From: Vicugna vicugna
Taxonomy: Eukaryota
Length of the DNA: 64,000 nucleotides
Reading direction: 5' to 3'
NCBI GenBank assembly: GCA_013265495.1
Contig: MU057801.1
Coordinates: forward strand, 124,001 to 188,000
This document shows, one piece after another, positions 59,924 to 64,000 of this stretch; position 1 is the first letter of the stretch, and every line of letters starts with the position of its first letter. The position numbers and the translations under genes are program-made. A model generated the notes under the pieces. It saw only the letters and a program-made list of their open reading frames with translations. It was not told the origin of the DNA and searched no databases.

Positions 59924-62449
59924 GAACTTCCTTCTGTCTGATTCAAAGCCTATGTCTTTAGAACCTTACCCTCCGCCCCCAGCTGCCACCCGTGTTCACA
60001 TTTTCTCGGCAGAAATTAAGGAGGATTGAAAAAAATGCTTAATTATGTTGTACACCTAAAATGAATACAGTGATATTTGTCCATTATATCTCAATGAAAA
60101 ATTAAATTTTTTACTAGAAAAATTAAGGGGAATTGGAAGAGTAGGCTGGCCCTTTGTGGAGGCGACTCAGATGGACGCTGCCTGTGGAGGTGTGGGTGTG
60201 GCCAGCCTGAGCATTGCCACACTTTTTTTATTGGTTTGTTTTGGTTTTTTTAAGCTTTTGCATTCGAGCAGACACTTCATCATGTGTTTTGTTTCCCCAA
60301 TGAAACCATTAGTCAGTTTTGAAAGTGCGGTGGATGCGCTGGGCTTTTGAAATTAAGGGGGTGGGGCAGAGCAGAGGGTGCCCTGAGACACTCTGAACAC
60401 GCCCAGCTGGAGGGAAAGATGCGGCCCTAATTATTAGAAAGCAGTGCCTGTGCGTGAGCAAGTTTAGAGTCGGACGCTGGGAAGAAAATAGGGTTAGTCT
60501 AATTGTCTGCTTTACATCTTCCTGAAAGAAGGGCTCTCAAGTTTACTAAGGATTGTTAATACAGTGACACCTTCAAGCCTCATAACCAACGCAAGTCTGG
60601 TCCATTTGTGTAGATTTTATTCATGTTTTGCAGATTCAGGAATGGAGGCCAAGATGGGTGAAGTGACTTGCAGGGGGTCACTTTGCTGCTGGTAAGGAGG
60701 GAGCTTCAACCCACGTCTTGAGCCTAATCTTGAGATGACTCTCCAGGTCATCTGTTCATCCCCACCAATCTCACTTCCTGGGAGGGTGTGATTCACTTTG
60801 AACGTCACCCCGAGAATTCCAAGCCTCAAATTTCTTGTGAACAGGTGTCTACTGATGCTTGGAAAGCTCTTCAGGAATGCCAGCTGGGGTTCTCTGCTTC
60901 AAAAACATCTTGTCCTGTCCGCCTTTCCCACAGCTTCAAACAGGGGAGCGCTGCACTGGGAGGTGGGAATTCAGATTTAGAGCCTAGACTTACAGAATTC
61001 CATCCTGAATCAAGGAAGTTTGAAGGAGGTAGTTTGCTGGTTTAACCCACGTAGAATTAGAGCCATCATTCGTATGTGAAAAATGACCCCGCGAACGCCT
61101 GTGCGTATGCGTTTGGTGTATGGATACAGTGCTAACCTGTCGTCTTCAGAGAGGGGTTCTTCCGCTGCATAGAGAAAAGCCAATGTTGTCCCACCCACTG
61201 CCATGTTGTCCAAATGCTCCTGCCACGGCCCCGGAGGTCAGCACTTTCCAGGTGAGAATACAGTGATGAACGGTCCATCTCAAGAATGAAGAACTGCCAG
61301 TCTACATGGTTGTGCCCAATTGTGGAGAATCAGAGTTCTGTTTAGACTGCTCTTTAAAGTACTTCCACACACAGCCCTGCCTTTCGGGGGTTCAGGTATA
61401 AATGCCAGTGGGTTGACATCAGCTTCGCTCTCCTGGTTGGAGGATGAGACCAGATGAGTTCCCCCAGGAGCCAGCCCTCTCTGGGTTCTGGGGCCGCGTA
61501 AGTGTTTCCCTGGTGAGATGCTCTCCACCCCCCACCCTCAAAAGTGGTACATGAAGGGACAAATGGCGGCTTTAACAAGGTGTGTACAGCGTTTGGCAGC
61601 CGACTTAAAAGCCTGGGATCGGTGACTTCATCGACAGAGTGAGGTATACTCACCACCGGTGTGTCCCGCCCTCCAAGGTGCAAACAAGTGCAGCACCACT
61701 CCTGGTCCTGACACGTGTCCCACATTGGTGGGTTCTCACATCACCGCACTCTTGCTTCAGTCCCTTTCAGCCGGTGGGAGAAATTCATCCAGACTTTCTG
61801 GTAGTGAAGTCTATACTTCGCAGAACTGATCGCATTCTTGTGGTTAGTATTTTTTATTTTATTCAAGCAAATTTTTATTCGAAAAACTTCTGATTTGATG
61901 TTAATCTTGGGAAAAGCCCTCTGTTTTCAAGTCTTTTTTCAAGAAAAGCAAAATCTTTCCAACTCCAAACTTGTTAGTAATCCCACATGTTCTGTTTCAT
62001 CCAAACTGCCCACCAAAGACTATCAACAAAGATACAAAGAAGCCAGCCGTCCGTATTCCTGAAAGTCAGTGAAAAACAAGACAATACTGTTTTGCTTTCC
62101 TTAATTGCCATCAAAATGTGTCTTTCCTCTGAAGAGTATTTTAATTATTTGAAGAAAAAGTATCCTCAAACTCAATTCCTACATATTTCAAAGAGGATGT
62201 CAGTGTACATGTATGGGAGTTTTATTTTTTTTAATAGAGAAATGATACTGAAATGTGGTTAGACACCAGAGAGCGTAGTGTGAATAAGAAAGGGGGTTTG
62301 AGGTCATTCCGTAGGCATTAAAAGAGTCACAACTACTTTGCTTTTTTTAATGAGCATTCAAGTCTGACTCAAGCTTCAAGATCTAGTGTGACTTGCTTTT
62401 ACTTTTTAATTCATAGTTTCGTTTAAACCCTTCAGTTATTATATTACCT

Positions 62450-63085
62450 GCTTTTCTTTCCTTCCTCCCTTCTTTCTTTCTCTCTCTTCCTTCCTTCCTT
62501 CGTTCTTTCTTTCTTTCGTTCTTTCTTTCTTTCTCTCTCTCTCCTTTCTTTCTTTCTTTCTCTCTCTCTCTCCTTTCTTTCTTTCTTTCCTTCTTTCTTT
62601 CTTTTCTTTCTTTCTCTCTCTTCTTTCTTTCTTTTCTTTCTTTCTTTCCTTCTTTCTTTCTTTCNNNNNNNNNNNNNNNNNNNNNNNNNNNNNNNNNNNN
62701 NNNNNNNNNNNNNNNNNNNNNNNNNNNNNNNNNNNNNNNNNNNNNNNNNNNNNNNNNNNNNNNNNNNNNNNNNNNNNNNNNNNNNNNNNNNNNNNNNNNN
62801 NNNNNNNNNNNNNNNNNNNNNNNNNNNNNNNNNNNNNNNNNNNNNNNNNNNNNNNNNNNNNNNNNNNNNNNNNNNNNNNNNNNNNNNNNNNNNNNNNNNN
62901 NNNNNNNNNNNNNNNNNNNNNNNNNNNNNNNNNNNNNNNNNNNNNNNNNNNNNNNNNNNNNNNNNNNNNNNNNNNNNNNNNNNNNNNNNNNNNNNNNNNN
63001 NNNNTTCCTTCCTTCCTTCCTTCCTTCCTTCCTTCCTTCCTTCCTTCCTTCCTTTCTTCCTTTCTTTCTTCTTTTTTTTTTTTTA
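62450..63085. repeat. Compound (TTTC)n/(TTCC)n/(TC)n polypyrimidine microsatellite spanning an assembly gap
   Basis: Direct observation on both sides of the N run. Confidence 0.95.
62665..63004. other. Assembly gap (340 N)
   Basis: Run of N. Confidence 1.
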
Positions 63086-64000
63086 TAAAGAGTTCTGAAA
63101 GTTGTAGCCAGAAAGGCATATTGGTGCGGAGTTGAGACTAAAACTTTGACTCTGCCTTCTGATTGCCTGGAAGGAGTGAACCTCCTTGAATGTTAACAGG
63201 GGTGGGGGGAGGAGAAAGATCGACCTCTTACAGCGTATATATTGTTTTTGAAAATTAGTTTAAATAGAAGCCTACAGCAAGAAGCCCTTCTTTCCCCAGG
63301 GGGCATCATTTGTGGTATAATTTTTACTTAAGGGCGCCGTCATTGGGTTCATTATGTTACGTCAATCAAAAGAAGGGTCACAGCGCTGGAGTTAAGAATC
63401 TCCGGCCAGGCGTCCCGACTCCCTGATGCCCGGAGCCAGGGAGCCGTAGGCTCCGGAATTCACAGGGTGGGTGGGCGTGAATGCGGACGCACGAGGAGGC
63501 GCACGAAGACACCTGCGCTAGGGTGTTTTCTGACTGTGTTCCTAGAATCTTCCAACTTGAGAGAGATAAGCACCTCCTGGACAGGAAACGAGAGGAAGCC
63601 ACGTGGCAACTGAGAGCGTGACCCGAGGCGCACCTGAAGGGCCACACTGACTGGAAGCGTGGGAATCGGATTCTGAAGAGATTTACATCACTCTACTCTC
63701 GACAAAAGGACGGCTCTGATTGGCTGTTTGGCGAGGCCATCATCCCCAAGGGCGGTTCTGATTGGCTGTCTTGGCGAGGCCGGCACCAGGTAGAGGAGCC
63801 CTCGTCCCAGCCGCACGCACAGCCTTGCCGCACTGGCCTGGTCTCCCAACAGGGACCACGTCCTGCAGGCACAGCCCTGCTCCCGCGCAGACACAGCATC
63901 CACCTGGGAGGTTCTCACTTATCGTCCAGGCTCAGGGGCTTCTTTCAGAAGCCAGAAGTCACCGCCCACCTCCTCTGGCAAGTCAGAGTACGTATTAAAT

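Noticed and set aside
62439..63119. 226-aa K/E/R-rich ORF
   Set aside because: Translation of a microsatellite and an N gap.
57870..64000. Next RIN2 exon (VVLEKAMHKCILKPL...)
   Set aside because: Not found; ctgaagggccac near 63635 is only a short chance resemblance without an acceptor or matching frame. The 340-N gap cannot be inspected.

Overview
Eukaryotic (mammalian) genomic DNA, most likely from a camelid (alpaca/camel), judging by eight copies of a tRNA-Ala(AGC)-derived SINE of the Vic-1 type. The window lies inside the RIN2 gene (Ras and Rab interactor 2, a Rab5 GEF) on the + strand. Six consecutive internal coding exons can be read directly: 19483-19583, 42218-42410, 45546-45657, 48474-48546, 53331-53422 and 56715-57869. 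All have AG/GT boundaries and compatible phases, and they splice into one open frame covering the N-terminus, SH2 domain, proline-rich region and start of the RH/VPS9 region. I did not find the start-codon exon or the downstream VPS9/RA exons, so they probably lie outside the window. The rest is intron filled with L1, L2, MIR, SINE, ERV solo LTRs, hAT relics, microsatellites and a 340-nt assembly gap. Nearly all ORFs in the supplied track are spurious. I found no convincing new biological system. The best leads are: a frame-preserving 36-nt candidate micro-exon / recursive splice site (14866-14907); a templated ~200-bp insertion at an L1 5' junction, flanked by a 10-bp direct repeat (28037-28250); a duplicated 39-nt core with diverged flanks (9386/9972); tandem NF-Y boxes at the right end; and several inverted or nested repeat arrangements. 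Repeat family names and human RIN2 comparisons come from recalled sequences, not from a database search.
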